Translations under genes and position numbers: made by a program
The notes under the pieces: generated by a model
Told to the model about the DNA's origin: nothing
The model's database searches: none
Seen by the model: only the letters and a program-made list of their open reading frames with translations
NCBI GenBank assembly: GCA_003598015.1
Contig: QZKE01000066.1
Span: forward strand, 11,820 to 75,819
Source of the DNA: Actinomycetota bacterium
GTDB lineage: Bacteria > Actinomycetota > Geothermincolia > Geothermincolales > RBG-13-55-18
Direction of reading: 5' to 3'
DNA length: 64,000 bases
Shown here: piece after piece, positions 21,598 through 31,498 of the stretch
Numbering within the stretch: the stretch's first letter is position 1
How the letters are laid out: each line of letters begins with the position of its first letter

Positions 21598-22851
21598 ATG
21601 GGCATGACCATAGCCGAGAAGATATTCTCCAACCACTGTGGCCGCGAAGTGCGGGCGGGCGAGCTCGTCGTCACGGAGGTGGACTTCATGATGGGCCAGG
21701 ATGGCACCTCCCCCCTGGCTATCAAGGCCTTTCGCGAGCTCGGCGGCGAGAGGGTGCTGGATCCCTCCCGCGTTGCGCTGGTCATCGATCACAGCGCTCC
21801 CAGCCCGCTGGAGGGCGTCTCCAACCTCCATACCCTGATGCGCTCCTTCGCGGCGGAGCATGGGATCGGGATCTTCGACATAGGCTGCGGCGTCTGCCAC
21901 TGCCTCCTCCCCGAGCAGGGCCTGGTCGCGCCGGGGGACATAGTTATTGGAGCGGACTCCCATACCACCACCTACGGGGCCGTCAACGCCTTCTCGACCG
22001 GGGTGGGTTCCACGGACCTGGCCGCGGCGATGCTCACCGGAAGGCTGTGGTTCAAGGTGCCGCATACCCTGCGCCTGGAGCTGCGGGGCACGCTTCCCAT
22101 CGGGGTCTACTCCAAAGACGTCGCTCTTTACCTCGCGGGCAGGATCACCGCGGACGGAGCGACCTACATGGCGGTGGAATACGGGGGTGAGCTCATCACC
22201 TCGCTCAGCGTCGAGGCGCGCTTCACAATATCCAACATGGCGGTGGAGATGGGGGCGAAGGCCGGCCTCATGGAGGCCGACGCAAAAACGCTGGAGTGGG
22301 TCTCCGGACGTGTCACGCGTCCCTTCAATCCGGCGGCTCCCGACCGCGGCGCCGATTACGCGGAGGTGATGGAATTCGCACTGGATGGCCTCCCACCCCA
22401 GGTTGCCGAGCCGCACTGCGTGGACAGCGTAAAGCCGGTGGAGGAGTTGGAGGGCATACCTGTCCAGGAAGCGGTCATCGGGACCTGTACCAATGGCCGC
22501 CTCGAGGATCTGGAGGTGGCGGCACGTATCCTGTCCGGCAGGAGGGTCAGCCCCGAGGTGCGTCTCATTGTGGCGCCGGCCTCCCGCAGGGTGCTCATGC
22601 AAGGTATGGAGAAAGGTATAGTGCAGAGGCTGATAGAGGCGGGAGCGGTGTTCGTAGCCCCGGGCTGCGGGCCCTGTGTGGGCACGCATAACGGCGTGCC
22701 CTCGGATGGGGAGCGGGTCATTTCCACGGCAAACCGTAACTTCAAGGGGCGCATGGGGAACGCAAACGCTTTCATCTACCTGGCCAGCCCGGCCACGGTT
22801 GCGGCGAGCGCGGTGGCCGGAAAGATAACCGACCCCCGCCGCATGCTGTAA
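21598..22851 (+). CDS. Aconitase-family hydro-lyase large subunit (LeuC/HacA-like)
   Basis: GADSHTTTYG, IGTCTNGR, PGCGPCVG, STANRNFKGRMG. Confidence 0.9.
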   Translation: MGMTIAEKIFSNHCGREVRAGELVVTEVDFMMGQDGTSPLAIKAFRELGGERVLDPSRVALVIDHSAPSPLEGVSNLHTLMRSFAAEHGIGIFDIGCGVCHCLLPEQGLVAPGDIVIGADSHTTTYGAVNAFSTGVGSTDLAAAMLTGRLWFKVPHTLRLELRGTLPIGVYSKDVALYLAGRITADGATYMAVEYGGELITSLSVEARFTISNMAVEMGAKAGLMEADAKTLEWVSGRVTRPFNPAAPDRGADYAEVMEFALDGLPPQVAEPHCVDSVKPVEELEGIPVQEAVIGTCTNGRLEDLEVAARILSGRRVSPEVRLIVAPASRRVLMQGMEKGIVQRLIEAGAVFVAPGCGPCVGTHNGVPSDGERVISTANRNFKGRMGNANAFIYLASPATVAASAVAGKITDPRRML

Positions 22852-22876
22852 GGGCGGGATCGGAGGACGGAGTCAC

Positions 22877-23386
22877 ATGGAAGAGGGAATGGTGTTGAGG
22901 GGCAAGGCCCATGTCTTTGGAGATGATGTGAACACCGATTACATCATCTCGGGCAAGTACAAGTTCAAGACCCTGGACATGGACGAGCTGGCCTGCCATT
23001 GCATGGAGGATCTGGATCCGGATTTCAACCAGAGGGTAAGGCCGGGTGATTTCATCGTAGCCGGCGGTAATTTCGGCTGCGGCTCCTCGCGGGAGCAGGC
23101 ACCGCTGGTCATCAAGCATGCCGGCGTGAGTGCCGTACTGGCACGCTCCTTCGCACGCATCTTCTTCCGCAATGCCATCAACAAGGGGTTGCCTGTCGTG
23201 GAATGCGATACATCGCAGATAGTGGATGGGGACGAACTGGAGATAAACCTGGGGGCGGGGAAAGTAACCGACCTGACACGCGGCACCGAGATGGATATAA
23301 TCCCGTTACCCGTGGTGATGATGGAGATAATAAGAGAGGGCGGGCTCATCGATTACCTGAAAAAACACGGAGGATTCAGACTATGA
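22877..23386 (+). CDS. Aconitase-family small (swivel) subunit (LeuD/HacB-like)
   Basis: [32 protein letters not shown]. Confidence 0.9.
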   Translation: MEEGMVLRGKAHVFGDDVNTDYIISGKYKFKTLDMDELACHCMEDLDPDFNQRVRPGDFIVAGGNFGCGSSREQAPLVIKHAGVSAVLARSFARIFFRNAINKGLPVVECDTSQIVDGDELEINLGAGKVTDLTRGTEMDIIPLPVVMMEIIREGGLIDYLKKHGGFRL

Positions 23387-24378
23387 AGAAGGTCACACTC
23401 ATACCCGGAGACGGGATAGGCCCCGAGATCGTAGAAGCCTGCCGCAGGATCGTCGAGGCAGTGGGGGTCGAGATCGCATGGGACTTGCAGGAGGCGGGGG
23501 CCGACGTGATGGAAAAATACGGCACACCCCTGCCGACACACGTCCTCGACTCGATCCGTGCCAACAAGGTGGCCATGAAGGGCCCCATCACCACACCGGT
23601 GGGCTCCGGGTTCCGCAGCATCAACGTCGCCCTGCGCAAGGAACTCGACCTCTATGCCAACCTGCGCCCGGCCAGGAGCATAGAGGGAGTGCGTTCCCCC
23701 TACAGGGATATCGACCTGGTGGTGGTGAGGGAAAATACCGAAGACCTGTATGCGGGCATCGAGCGCCAGGTCGACGAGGATACGGCGGAGAGCATAAAAC
23801 TCATAACCCGCGGTGCATCCGAGCGTATCTGCCGTTTCGCCTTCGAGTATGCACGGCGGGAGGGACGGCGCAAGGTTACAGCGGTGCACAAGGCGAATAT
23901 CCTCAAGTTCACCGACGGCATGTTCCTGGAGGTGGCGCGCAAGGTGGCGCAGGATTTTCCGGATATCGAGTTCGAGGACCGCATCGTGGATAATATGGCC
24001 ATGCAACTGGTGCAGAAACCGCATATCTATGATGTGCTGGTCCTCCCCAACCTCTATGGGGATATCATCTCCGACCTGTGCGCCGGCCTGGTGGGTGGGC
24101 TTGGGGTCGCACCCAGCGCCAATATAGGCGACGAGATACAGGTCTTCGAACCGGTGCACGGCAGCGCCCCCAAATATACCGGCATGAATAAGGTCAATCC
24201 CACCGCCCAGATCCTCACGGGTGTACTCATGCTGCATTACATCGGGGAGGAAGAGGCGGCGAACCGCATCTACGACGCGACCACGGCGGTGATCGCGGAA
24301 GGCAAGACCGTAACCTACGACCTGGGCGGCGAGGCCGGTACCTCCGATATGGCCGACGCCATTATCGCCAAGCTGTGA
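23383..24378 (+). CDS. Isocitrate/isopropylmalate dehydrogenase family, probably isocitrate dehydrogenase (NAD+)
   Basis: [45 protein letters not shown]; ATG overlaps the previous stop. Confidence 0.85.
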   Translation: MKKVTLIPGDGIGPEIVEACRRIVEAVGVEIAWDLQEAGADVMEKYGTPLPTHVLDSIRANKVAMKGPITTPVGSGFRSINVALRKELDLYANLRPARSIEGVRSPYRDIDLVVVRENTEDLYAGIERQVDEDTAESIKLITRGASERICRFAFEYARREGRRKVTAVHKANILKFTDGMFLEVARKVAQDFPDIEFEDRIVDNMAMQLVQKPHIYDVLVLPNLYGDIISDLCAGLVGGLGVAPSANIGDEIQVFEPVHGSAPKYTGMNKVNPTAQILTGVLMLHYIGEEEAANRIYDATTAVIAEGKTVTYDLGGEAGTSDMADAIIAKL

Positions 24379-24451
24379 GCAAGAACACCCCATCCGTCTG
24401 AGCAACTACATTCGATAGCCTGCATCGCGAAAGCGATTGTGCCGTCTTCGG

Positions 24452-24657
24452 CACAACGGTGCCAGTCGCCAGTCCCGGCGAAGCCGGGCCTGGCCTGGCA
24501 CGAGTACGCTGCGGAGAAATATCACAACGGTGACAGTCGCCAGTCCCGGCGAAGCCGGGCCTGGCCTGGCACGAGTACGCTGCGGAGAAATATCACAACG
24601 GTGCCAGTCGCCAGTCCCCGCGAAGCCGGACCTGGCCTGGCACGAGTACGCTGCGGA
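24452..24657. repeat. Three tandem 71-bp units, each with a long hairpin
   Basis: Units start at 24452, 24523 and 24594; stem gtgccag..gccag.cccggc-gaa-gccggg.ctggcctggcac. Confidence 0.95.
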
Positions 24658-24780
24658 AATGAGACGAAGTGCGCGCGCCCGCCGAGGCCTCCGGCGCGGA
24701 GAACATATATAGACATATGCCCATAAAGGGTATAACATAGGTTATGGGCATATGTTCGTATAGATACGGGAGGTGAGCAG

Positions 24781-25050
24781 ATGCCGCAGAGAGGAAGAGG
24801 AGGGCCTGATTTCAAAAACAGGCCTGGAGGAGGAAGGGGTAACCCCTACCCGTACTGCCGCCGTTATCCGGGTCTGCCGAGACGCTGGTGGACTTGTCCA
24901 TCGTACCGTTCTCCTACGGGAATGTACCCTGATGCCTATACGGCAGGCGCCTGGCCGGGTCACAATATCGGCTTTTGGCGGGGGGCGCCAGAAGGGGCTG
25001 CAATCATAGGCGGTCGGGATGGCACCGGCGGCGGTCTACGAAGGGTGTAG
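24781..25050 (+). CDS. Small Gly/Arg-rich protein (DUF5320-like)
   Basis: GGAGG RBS; GGGRGNPYPYCRRYPGLPRRWW. Confidence 0.6.
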   Translation: MPQRGRGGPDFKNRPGGGRGNPYPYCRRYPGLPRRWWTCPSYRSPTGMYPDAYTAGAWPGHNIGFWRGAPEGAAIIGGRDGTGGGLRRV

Positions 25051-25084
25051 AAAAAAGACGTTCATAGAGAAAGGAGGGTCGCCG

Positions 25085-25390
25085 GTGGGAGGATATGGCA
25101 ACCGCAACATGTATTACGCCACCGGGCAGCCGGGATGGATGAGACTCGGGTACAGCCCGGGATGGCGGGGGCGCAGCCCGAGCGGTCTGGGACCTTGTGC
25201 GGAGTACCTGACCACGGGGCGCTGGCCTTCCCCCCAGATGCAGCAGGCATTTCAGGCGGGCGCGGGTGCAGGGACGGCCGCCATGGGGGCGGGCGAGCTG
25301 GATTATCTCAAGAGACAGTCGGACTTCCTCTCCCAACAGCTCGATGATATCCGCAAACGCATCGAGGAACTGGAGAAATCCGGGGAATAA
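25085..25390 (+). CDS. DUF5320-like protein with C-terminal coiled coil
   Basis: AAGGAGG RBS; RNMYYATGQPGWMR, GLGPC, ELDYLKRQ...IRKRIEELE. Confidence 0.75.
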   Translation: MGGYGNRNMYYATGQPGWMRLGYSPGWRGRSPSGLGPCAEYLTTGRWPSPQMQQAFQAGAGAGTAAMGAGELDYLKRQSDFLSQQLDDIRKRIEELEKSGE

Positions 25391-25581
25391 CCGCTTACAG
25401 CCAGGGGCCGGGCCTTTAAGCCTGGCCCTCCTTGTTTGTCTGGAGATATGGCCCGGATGATGTCTCTTTTCGCGTGGTTGGAAGTAACCCCCGGTTTGCT
25501 TCCCTGGCGATGAGAGACCCGACCCTGCCGAATGTGGATCAAGCACCCGGCTCTGCTATCATTGGACAAGGAGGATCTATC

Positions 25582-25986
25582 ATGATGGACCTGGACTTGC
25601 AGCTTATCGAAGTGGTAGCGGTGGTGGGAGCATCCCGGGATCCCGAGAAGTTCGGCTACAAGGTGCTCAAGGACCTCGAGCATGCGGGCTACGAGGCCTA
25701 CGGGGTGAATCCCTCCTGCGGGGATATAGAAGGCATCCCCTGCTATCCCGACCTCGCGAGCCTTCCCCGCGTGCCCCAGCTGGTGATAACCGTGGTCCCG
25801 CCGAGTGTCACCGAAAAAGTCGTGAGAGAGGCAAAGGAGGCCGGCATCAGCCGCATATGGATGCAGCCGGGCTCCGAATCCGGGGAGGCGGCAGCTTATT
25901 GCGAGGACAACGGCATCGCATACATGCGTGATGCCTGCATAATGATCTTCAGGAAAGAAGGCATCCTCGACCCGGGCGAGAGCTAG
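25582..25986 (+). CDS. CoA-binding protein (YccU-like)
   Basis: VAVVGASRDPEKFG, VNP, IWMQPG, DACI; AGGAGG RBS. Confidence 0.9.
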   Translation: MMDLDLQLIEVVAVVGASRDPEKFGYKVLKDLEHAGYEAYGVNPSCGDIEGIPCYPDLASLPRVPQLVITVVPPSVTEKVVREAKEAGISRIWMQPGSESGEAAAYCEDNGIAYMRDACIMIFRKEGILDPGES

Positions 25987-26221
25987 GGCAACGGCGCCCT
26001 TGCGGCCCGGGTCATGGGCAATGGCCTTGCTTCGCCGCCGTTACCTTGCGGCCGACCCTATGGTCCTCGCATGGGGGTTTTATGCAGGCTACGTCCGTGC
26101 ATAATGCCGGGATCCAATGCGCCGGCTGCGCATGCTCTATCGTTCATCCAGCCCGGCTCCGAGCAATAAGGAAATTCCCCGGGCTGGGATGGATTTACCA
26201 GGGCATTTCCATTAAATGCGC

Positions 26222-26250
26222 TTGACGGCGTCATATAATATCTAAATAAT
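26222..26250 (+). promoter_or_regulatory. Putative sigma70-type promoter for the ilv/leu cluster
   Basis: TTGACG-17 bp-AATAAT in an AT-rich patch upstream of ilvD. Confidence 0.55.
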
Positions 26251-26303
26251 ACAGTCTATAACTCCGTTTTCGGGTTTCTCGCACACTCATCCGGAGGGGA
26301 AAA

Positions 26304-27989
26304 ATGGAATCTATGAGTGACGCCGCCAAGAAAGGCCTACCCAGGGCGCCCCATCGTTCCCTGCTCAAGGCCATTGGTTACATCGATCGCGAGATCGAGC
26401 AGCCCTGGGTGGGGATCGCCTGCGCCATGAACGAGGTCATCCCCGGCCACACTCAGCTGCAGCAGGTCGCAGACGCGGTGAAAGCGGGCGTACGCATGGG
26501 AGGAGGGACTCCCATGCAGTTCGGGATCATTGGAATCTGCGACGGCATTGCCATGGGGCACGCCGGCATGCGCTATTCCCTTCCCTCACGGGAAAACATC
26601 GCCGACAGCGTGGAGATGATGGCCAGGGCCCATGCCTTCGACGCCCTCGTGCTGGTCACCAACTGCGATAAGATCGACCCCGGTGTACTCATGGCGGCCG
26701 CGCGGGTGAACATTCCGGCGGTGGTGGTGAGCGGCGGTCCCATGCTGGCAGGGAGACACCGCGGCAGGGACGTGGACTTCATCACGGTCATGGAGGCCCA
26801 GGGCGCGGTGAAGGCGGGTCGTATGGAAGCGGAGGAACTAAAGGAGCTGGAAGACTGTGCCTGCCCTGGCTGCGGGAGCTGCGCCGGCCTCTTCACCGCC
26901 AATTCCATGAACTGTCTCACCGAAGCCATCGGCATGGGTCTTCCCGGGAACGGCACCATCCCGGCGGTCTATGCGCAGCGCCTGCGCCTGGCCAAGGAGG
27001 CGGGCATCGCGGTCATGGAGATGCTGCGCGTCGGGCGCAAACCCCGTGACATCATAACCCCGGCGTCCCTGCGTAACGCCCTGGCGGTGGACATGGCCAT
27101 CGGCGGATCCTCCAACACCGTGCTCCACCTGCTGGCCATCGCCTACGAGGCGGGGATCGAACTCGACCTGGAGACGATCCAGGAGGTATGTGACGCTACT
27201 CCTAACCTGGCGCGCATAAGCCCGGCGGGCGGGGGTCGCCATCATATGCAGGACCTGCACGAGGCGGGCGGTATCCCGGCGGTGATGGGGGAGCTTTCCA
27301 GGAGAGGGCTTATCGATCTGGACGTTCCCTGCGTCGCCGCGGACCGCATGGGCGATATCATCGCGGGCAGGAAAACTCTCAATCCGGAGATCCTGCGACC
27401 GGTGGAGGATCCCTATATGGCAACGGGCGGGCTGGCCGTGTTGTGGGGAAACCTGGCTCCGGAGGGAGCGGTGGTCAAGCAGTCCGCTGTTCCCGATAAC
27501 CTGCTGCGCCACCGTGGACCCGCGCGGGTCTTCGACGGGGAGGAGGACGCGGTGGAGGCCATGGTGGCGCGGCGCATAGACGAGGGCGACATCATCGTGG
27601 TCCGCTACGAGGGGCCGCAGGGAGGACCGGGCATGCGGGAGATGCTCAACCCCACGGCTACCATCGCCGGTATGGGTATGGCGGATAAGGTTGTGCTCGT
27701 AACCGACGGCCGCTTCTCCGGCGGATCGCGCGGGGCGGCCATCGGGCATGTGTCCCCCGAGGCCGCACAGGGCGGCCCCATAGCCCTGGTTGAGGAGGGG
27801 GACGAGATCGAGGTGGATATAGAACAGCGCAGTATAAGGCTGCTTGTGGACGATGAGGAGTTGCGCCGCAGGGCTGATGCCTGGAGGAAGCCGCCGCTCA
27901 AGGTCAGCGGAGGTTACCTGTGGGAGTACGCTAACCGGGTCTCCAGCGCAAGCCGGGGCGCCGTGCGGCTGCTGGTAGAGGAAGCGTAA
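26304..27989 (+). CDS. ilvD: Dihydroxy-acid dehydratase
   Basis: CDGIAMGH, NCDKIDPG, GSCAGLFTANSM, TDGRFSGG. Confidence 0.97.
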   Translation: MESMSDAAKKGLPRAPHRSLLKAIGYIDREIEQPWVGIACAMNEVIPGHTQLQQVADAVKAGVRMGGGTPMQFGIIGICDGIAMGHAGMRYSLPSRENIADSVEMMARAHAFDALVLVTNCDKIDPGVLMAAARVNIPAVVVSGGPMLAGRHRGRDVDFITVMEAQGAVKAGRMEAEELKELEDCACPGCGSCAGLFTANSMNCLTEAIGMGLPGNGTIPAVYAQRLRLAKEAGIAVMEMLRVGRKPRDIITPASLRNALAVDMAIGGSSNTVLHLLAIAYEAGIELDLETIQEVCDATPNLARISPAGGGRHHMQDLHEAGGIPAVMGELSRRGLIDLDVPCVAADRMGDIIAGRKTLNPEILRPVEDPYMATGGLAVLWGNLAPEGAVVKQSAVPDNLLRHRGPARVFDGEEDAVEAMVARRIDEGDIIVVRYEGPQGGPGMREMLNPTATIAGMGMADKVVLVTDGRFSGGSRGAAIGHVSPEAAQGGPIALVEEGDEIEVDIEQRSIRLLVDDEELRRRADAWRKPPLKVSGGYLWEYANRVSSASRGAVRLLVEEA

Positions 27990-27998
27990 GCGGGGAAG

Positions 27999-29756
27999 GT
28001 GGTTGCCTTGAAGCTGACTGGGGCCAAGGCGTTGGTGAAGAGCCTCGAGGAGGAGGGCGTGGAGATACTGTTCGGTATCCCCGGCGGGGTGATGCTCCCG
28101 GTATTCGACGCCCTCAATGATAGCAAGATCCGTAAGATCCTCACCCGGCACGAACAGGGGGCGGCCCATGCCGCCGACGGCTATGCCCGGGTGACCGGCC
28201 GCGTGGGCGTATGCATGGCCACATCGGGACCGGGAGCCACGAACCTGGTGACCGGGATCGCCAACTCCTATATGGATTCCATTCCCATGGTGGCCATAAC
28301 CGGGCAGGTGGCCACGAACCTTATAGGCACCGATGCCTTCCAGGAGGCTGACACCACCGGCATCACCATGCCCATAGTCAAGCACAACTACCTCATCAAG
28401 GACCCGGCGGACATAGCCGACGTGGTGCAGGAGGCGTTCTACATCGCGCGCACGGGAAGACCGGGGCCGGTCCTTATCGACCTGCCGGTGGACGTATCCC
28501 GTGGCGAACTGGAATACCGCCGTCGCGAGCAACCCCTGCTGCGGGGCTATAAGCCTACGATCAAAGGCCATAAGAAACAGATCAGAATGGCGGCTCGCGC
28601 CATACTCGAGTCCAGGAGCCCCGTCATCTACGTGGGTGGAGGAGTCATCAACTCAGGGGCTTCGCTGGAGTTGAAGAAGCTGGCAGAGGGCAATAAGATC
28701 TTCGTCACCCATACCCTCATGGGCAAGGGCGCGTTCCCGGAGAGCCACCGCCTCTCCCTGGGCATGTTGGGCATGCACGGCACCCGCTGCTCCAACTACG
28801 CCATATGCGAGACGGACCTCATCGTCGCCGTGGGCGCGCGTTTCGACGATCGCATCACCGGAAAGCTCTCGGAGTTCGCGCCCAAAGCCACGGTCGTTCA
28901 TATCGATATCGACCCCGCCGAGATCAGTAAGAACGTGCGTGCCCATATCCCCATAGTGGGAGACTGCAAGCAGGTGCTCAGAGAGCTCAACCTGGCCATC
29001 AAAGAGATGTCCGCGGAGGTGGCGAGCCCGGATCGCCGCGAGTGGAGCACCCTGGTGCTGGATTGGAAGAAAAAATACCCGCTTATCTATGATAAGGGTT
29101 CCGGGCTCAAGCCCCAGTACGTGGTGGAGAAGATCTACGAGGTAACCAAGGGTAATGCCATCGTCTGCACGGAAGTGGGCCAGAACCAGATGTGGGCGGC
29201 CCAGTTCTACAGGATGGAGAAACCACGGCGCTTCGTGTCCTCTGGAGGTCTGGGGACCATGGGCTTCGGCTTCCCCGCCTCCATCGGGGCACAGTTGGGA
29301 TGCCCCAAAGACCTCGTCTTCGATATCGCCGGTGACGGGAGTTTCCAGATGACCATGCAGGAGATGGCTACGGCGGTGCTCGAGGGCACACCCGTCAAGG
29401 TGGCCATCCTCAACAACGGTTATCTGGGCATGGTCAGGCAGTGGCAGCAGCTCTTCTACGACCGCACCTATGCATGCACCTGTCTCCAGCGGGAGCAGAA
29501 CAGCCCGGACTTCGTCGCCCTGGCCGAGGCTTTCGGGGCCAAGGGTATTCGCGTCGAGGACCCGGATATGGTGGAAGCGGCCATCGTCGAGGCGATAGAG
29601 GCGGATTGCCCGGTACTCATGGATTTCCGCGTGGAGCCGGAGGAGAACGTCTACCCCATGGTAGCCCCAGGGGCGCCGCTGTACGATATGATCGGGGACA
29701 TGCTCTATCCGGTGGAGAAGATCCACCCGGAGAAGGCCGAAGAGCCTTTCCTCTAG
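27999..29756 (+). CDS. ilvB: Acetolactate synthase large subunit
   Basis: RHEQGAAH, TSGPGATN, GDGSFQM...NNGYLGMVRQWQ. Confidence 0.96.
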   Translation: MVALKLTGAKALVKSLEEEGVEILFGIPGGVMLPVFDALNDSKIRKILTRHEQGAAHAADGYARVTGRVGVCMATSGPGATNLVTGIANSYMDSIPMVAITGQVATNLIGTDAFQEADTTGITMPIVKHNYLIKDPADIADVVQEAFYIARTGRPGPVLIDLPVDVSRGELEYRRREQPLLRGYKPTIKGHKKQIRMAARAILESRSPVIYVGGGVINSGASLELKKLAEGNKIFVTHTLMGKGAFPESHRLSLGMLGMHGTRCSNYAICETDLIVAVGARFDDRITGKLSEFAPKATVVHIDIDPAEISKNVRAHIPIVGDCKQVLRELNLAIKEMSAEVASPDRREWSTLVLDWKKKYPLIYDKGSGLKPQYVVEKIYEVTKGNAIVCTEVGQNQMWAAQFYRMEKPRRFVSSGGLGTMGFGFPASIGAQLGCPKDLVFDIAGDGSFQMTMQEMATAVLEGTPVKVAILNNGYLGMVRQWQQLFYDRTYACTCLQREQNSPDFVALAEAFGAKGIRVEDPDMVEAAIVEAIEADCPVLMDFRVEPEENVYPMVAPGAPLYDMIGDMLYPVEKIHPEKAEEPFL

Positions 29757-29768
29757 GGGGTGATGGGG

Positions 29769-30245
29769 ATGAAACATACGCTTTCGGTTCTGGTCGAGAA
29801 CAAGCCCGGCGTGCTGGCCAGGGTAGCCGAACTCTTCGCGAGAAGGGGGTTCAATATCGAGAGCCTGGCCGTGGGCACCACGGAGAAACCGGACATATCA
29901 CGCATGACCATCGTCGTGGATGTGGAGGAGCACTCCCTGGAGCAAGTGCGCAAGCAACTGCACAAGCTCATCAACGTCATCGAGATCAGCGATCTCGATC
30001 CGGATTCCTCCGTGGCGCGGGAGCTGGTGCTGGCGAAGATAAAGGTGGATGCGGAGAACCGTTCCGAGGTTATCGAGATAGCGGACATCTTCCGGGGAAA
30101 CATAATAGACGTATCGCGGGAGAGCATCATCGTCGAAGTCACCGGCAATGCATCCAAGCTGCGTGCCTTCGAGGACCTGCTCAAACCCTACGGCATCCGG
30201 GAGCTGGTGAGGACGGGCAAGGTAGCCCTGCCGCGAGGGAAATAG
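29769..30245 (+). CDS. ilvN: Acetolactate synthase small subunit
   Basis: HTLSVLVENKPGVLARV ACT domain; ELVRTG. Confidence 0.96.
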   Translation: MKHTLSVLVENKPGVLARVAELFARRGFNIESLAVGTTEKPDISRMTIVVDVEEHSLEQVRKQLHKLINVIEISDLDPDSSVARELVLAKIKVDAENRSEVIEIADIFRGNIIDVSRESIIVEVTGNASKLRAFEDLLKPYGIRELVRTGKVALPRGK

Positions 30246-30266
30246 AACCATAGGAGGAGGTAGGAG

Positions 30267-31262
30267 ATGGCGGAGATATATTACGAGGATGACGCGGACC
30301 TTTCCCTCCTGGAGGGCAAGACGGTAGCCGTGATCGGATATGGGAGCCAGGGCCATGCGCACGCCTTGAACCTGCGCGACTCCGGCGTGCGGGTAGTGGT
30401 GGGCCTGCGCGAGGCCGATCCCGACCGCGCCAAGGCCGGGGAAGCCGGATTCGAGGTGCTGGGATTGAAGGAGGCGGCCGCCGCGGGAGACATCGTGGTG
30501 ATGCTCGTACCCGACCAGTTCCAGAAAGAGGTCTACGAGGAGAGCGTCGAACCGGGGCTCGCGGAAGGCAACGCCCTCTTCTTCGCCCACGGCTTCAACA
30601 TCCATTTCAACCAGATCATCCCCCCCGAGAACATCGACGTGATCATGGTGGCGCCCAAGGGGCCGGGCCATATCGTAAGGCGCATGTACGAGGAAGGCAG
30701 CGGGGTGCCTTCTCTGGTGGCGGTGTACCAGGATTATACCGGCCGGGCCCTGGGCATAGGGCTGGCCTACGCCAAGGGGCTGGGAGCGGCCCGCGCGGGG
30801 GTCATCAGGACCACCTTCCGCGAGGAGACCGAGACCGACCTCTTCGGGGAACAATGCGTGCTCTGCGGCGGCGTCACCGAGCTCATCCGGGCGGGGTTCG
30901 ACACCCTGGTGGAGGCCGGCTACCAACCGGAGATAGCCTACTTCGAGTGCCTGCACGAACTCAAGCTCATCGTGGACCTCATCTACGAACGCGGCATATC
31001 CTACATGCGCTACTCCATCAGCGACACCGCCGAATACGGCGACCTGACCCGCGGGCGGAGAATTATCACCGCAGAGACGCGAGCGGAGATGCGCCGCATC
31101 CTGGAAGAGGTGGTAAGCGGGGAGTTCGCGCGCGAGTGGATCCTCGAGAATCAGGCGGGGCGCCCCGTATACTACGCGTTGCGCCGCCGGGATGCCGCCC
31201 ACGTCATCGAGCAGGTAGGACGCGAGCTGCGCTCCATGATGAGCTGGCTGCCCAAGGAATAA
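30267..31262 (+). CDS. ilvC: Ketol-acid reductoisomerase
   Basis: [27 protein letters not shown]. Confidence 0.97.
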   Translation: MAEIYYEDDADLSLLEGKTVAVIGYGSQGHAHALNLRDSGVRVVVGLREADPDRAKAGEAGFEVLGLKEAAAAGDIVVMLVPDQFQKEVYEESVEPGLAEGNALFFAHGFNIHFNQIIPPENIDVIMVAPKGPGHIVRRMYEEGSGVPSLVAVYQDYTGRALGIGLAYAKGLGAARAGVIRTTFREETETDLFGEQCVLCGGVTELIRAGFDTLVEAGYQPEIAYFECLHELKLIVDLIYERGISYMRYSISDTAEYGDLTRGRRIITAETRAEMRRILEEVVSGEFAREWILENQAGRPVYYALRRRDAAHVIEQVGRELRSMMSWLPKE

Positions 31263-31423
31263 CCGGGTTTTGTTGCGGAAACGGACCGAACCCCGGGTAT
31301 GACGCAGAAGAGCGTTTTGTGATAACTTAAAGTTGCGAGGCTCCTCGGGCTTCGCGGCCTTACAAGAAGCCTGAAGTGAAAACCAGGATAAGGAATAGCG
31401 GTGAAGGTTACTCTGAAATCGTG

Positions 31424-31479
31424 GGGGTCAGGTCTTTCATCTTGCATACCCGGGAATGCAAAATGAAAGACCTGACCCC
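31424..31479. repeat. REP-like 56-bp palindrome, copy 1
   Basis: ggggtcaggtctttcatcttgcatacccgggaatgcaaaatgaaagacctgacccc. Confidence 0.9.
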
Positions 31480-31498
31480 TAAATAGAGGAGGTAGGAG

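Noticed and set aside
24452-24657. CRISPR array
   Set aside because: The sequence between hairpins is identical (no unique spacers) and no cas genes are present.
24406-24815. ORFs across the 71-bp tandem repeat
   Set aside because: The period is not a multiple of 3; the peptides are frame-rotating artefacts without an RBS.
25987-26303. T-box or attenuator leader for the ilv/leu cluster
   Set aside because: No T-box consensus or Leu/Ile/Val-rich leader was found; the GC hairpins lie upstream of the putative promoter.
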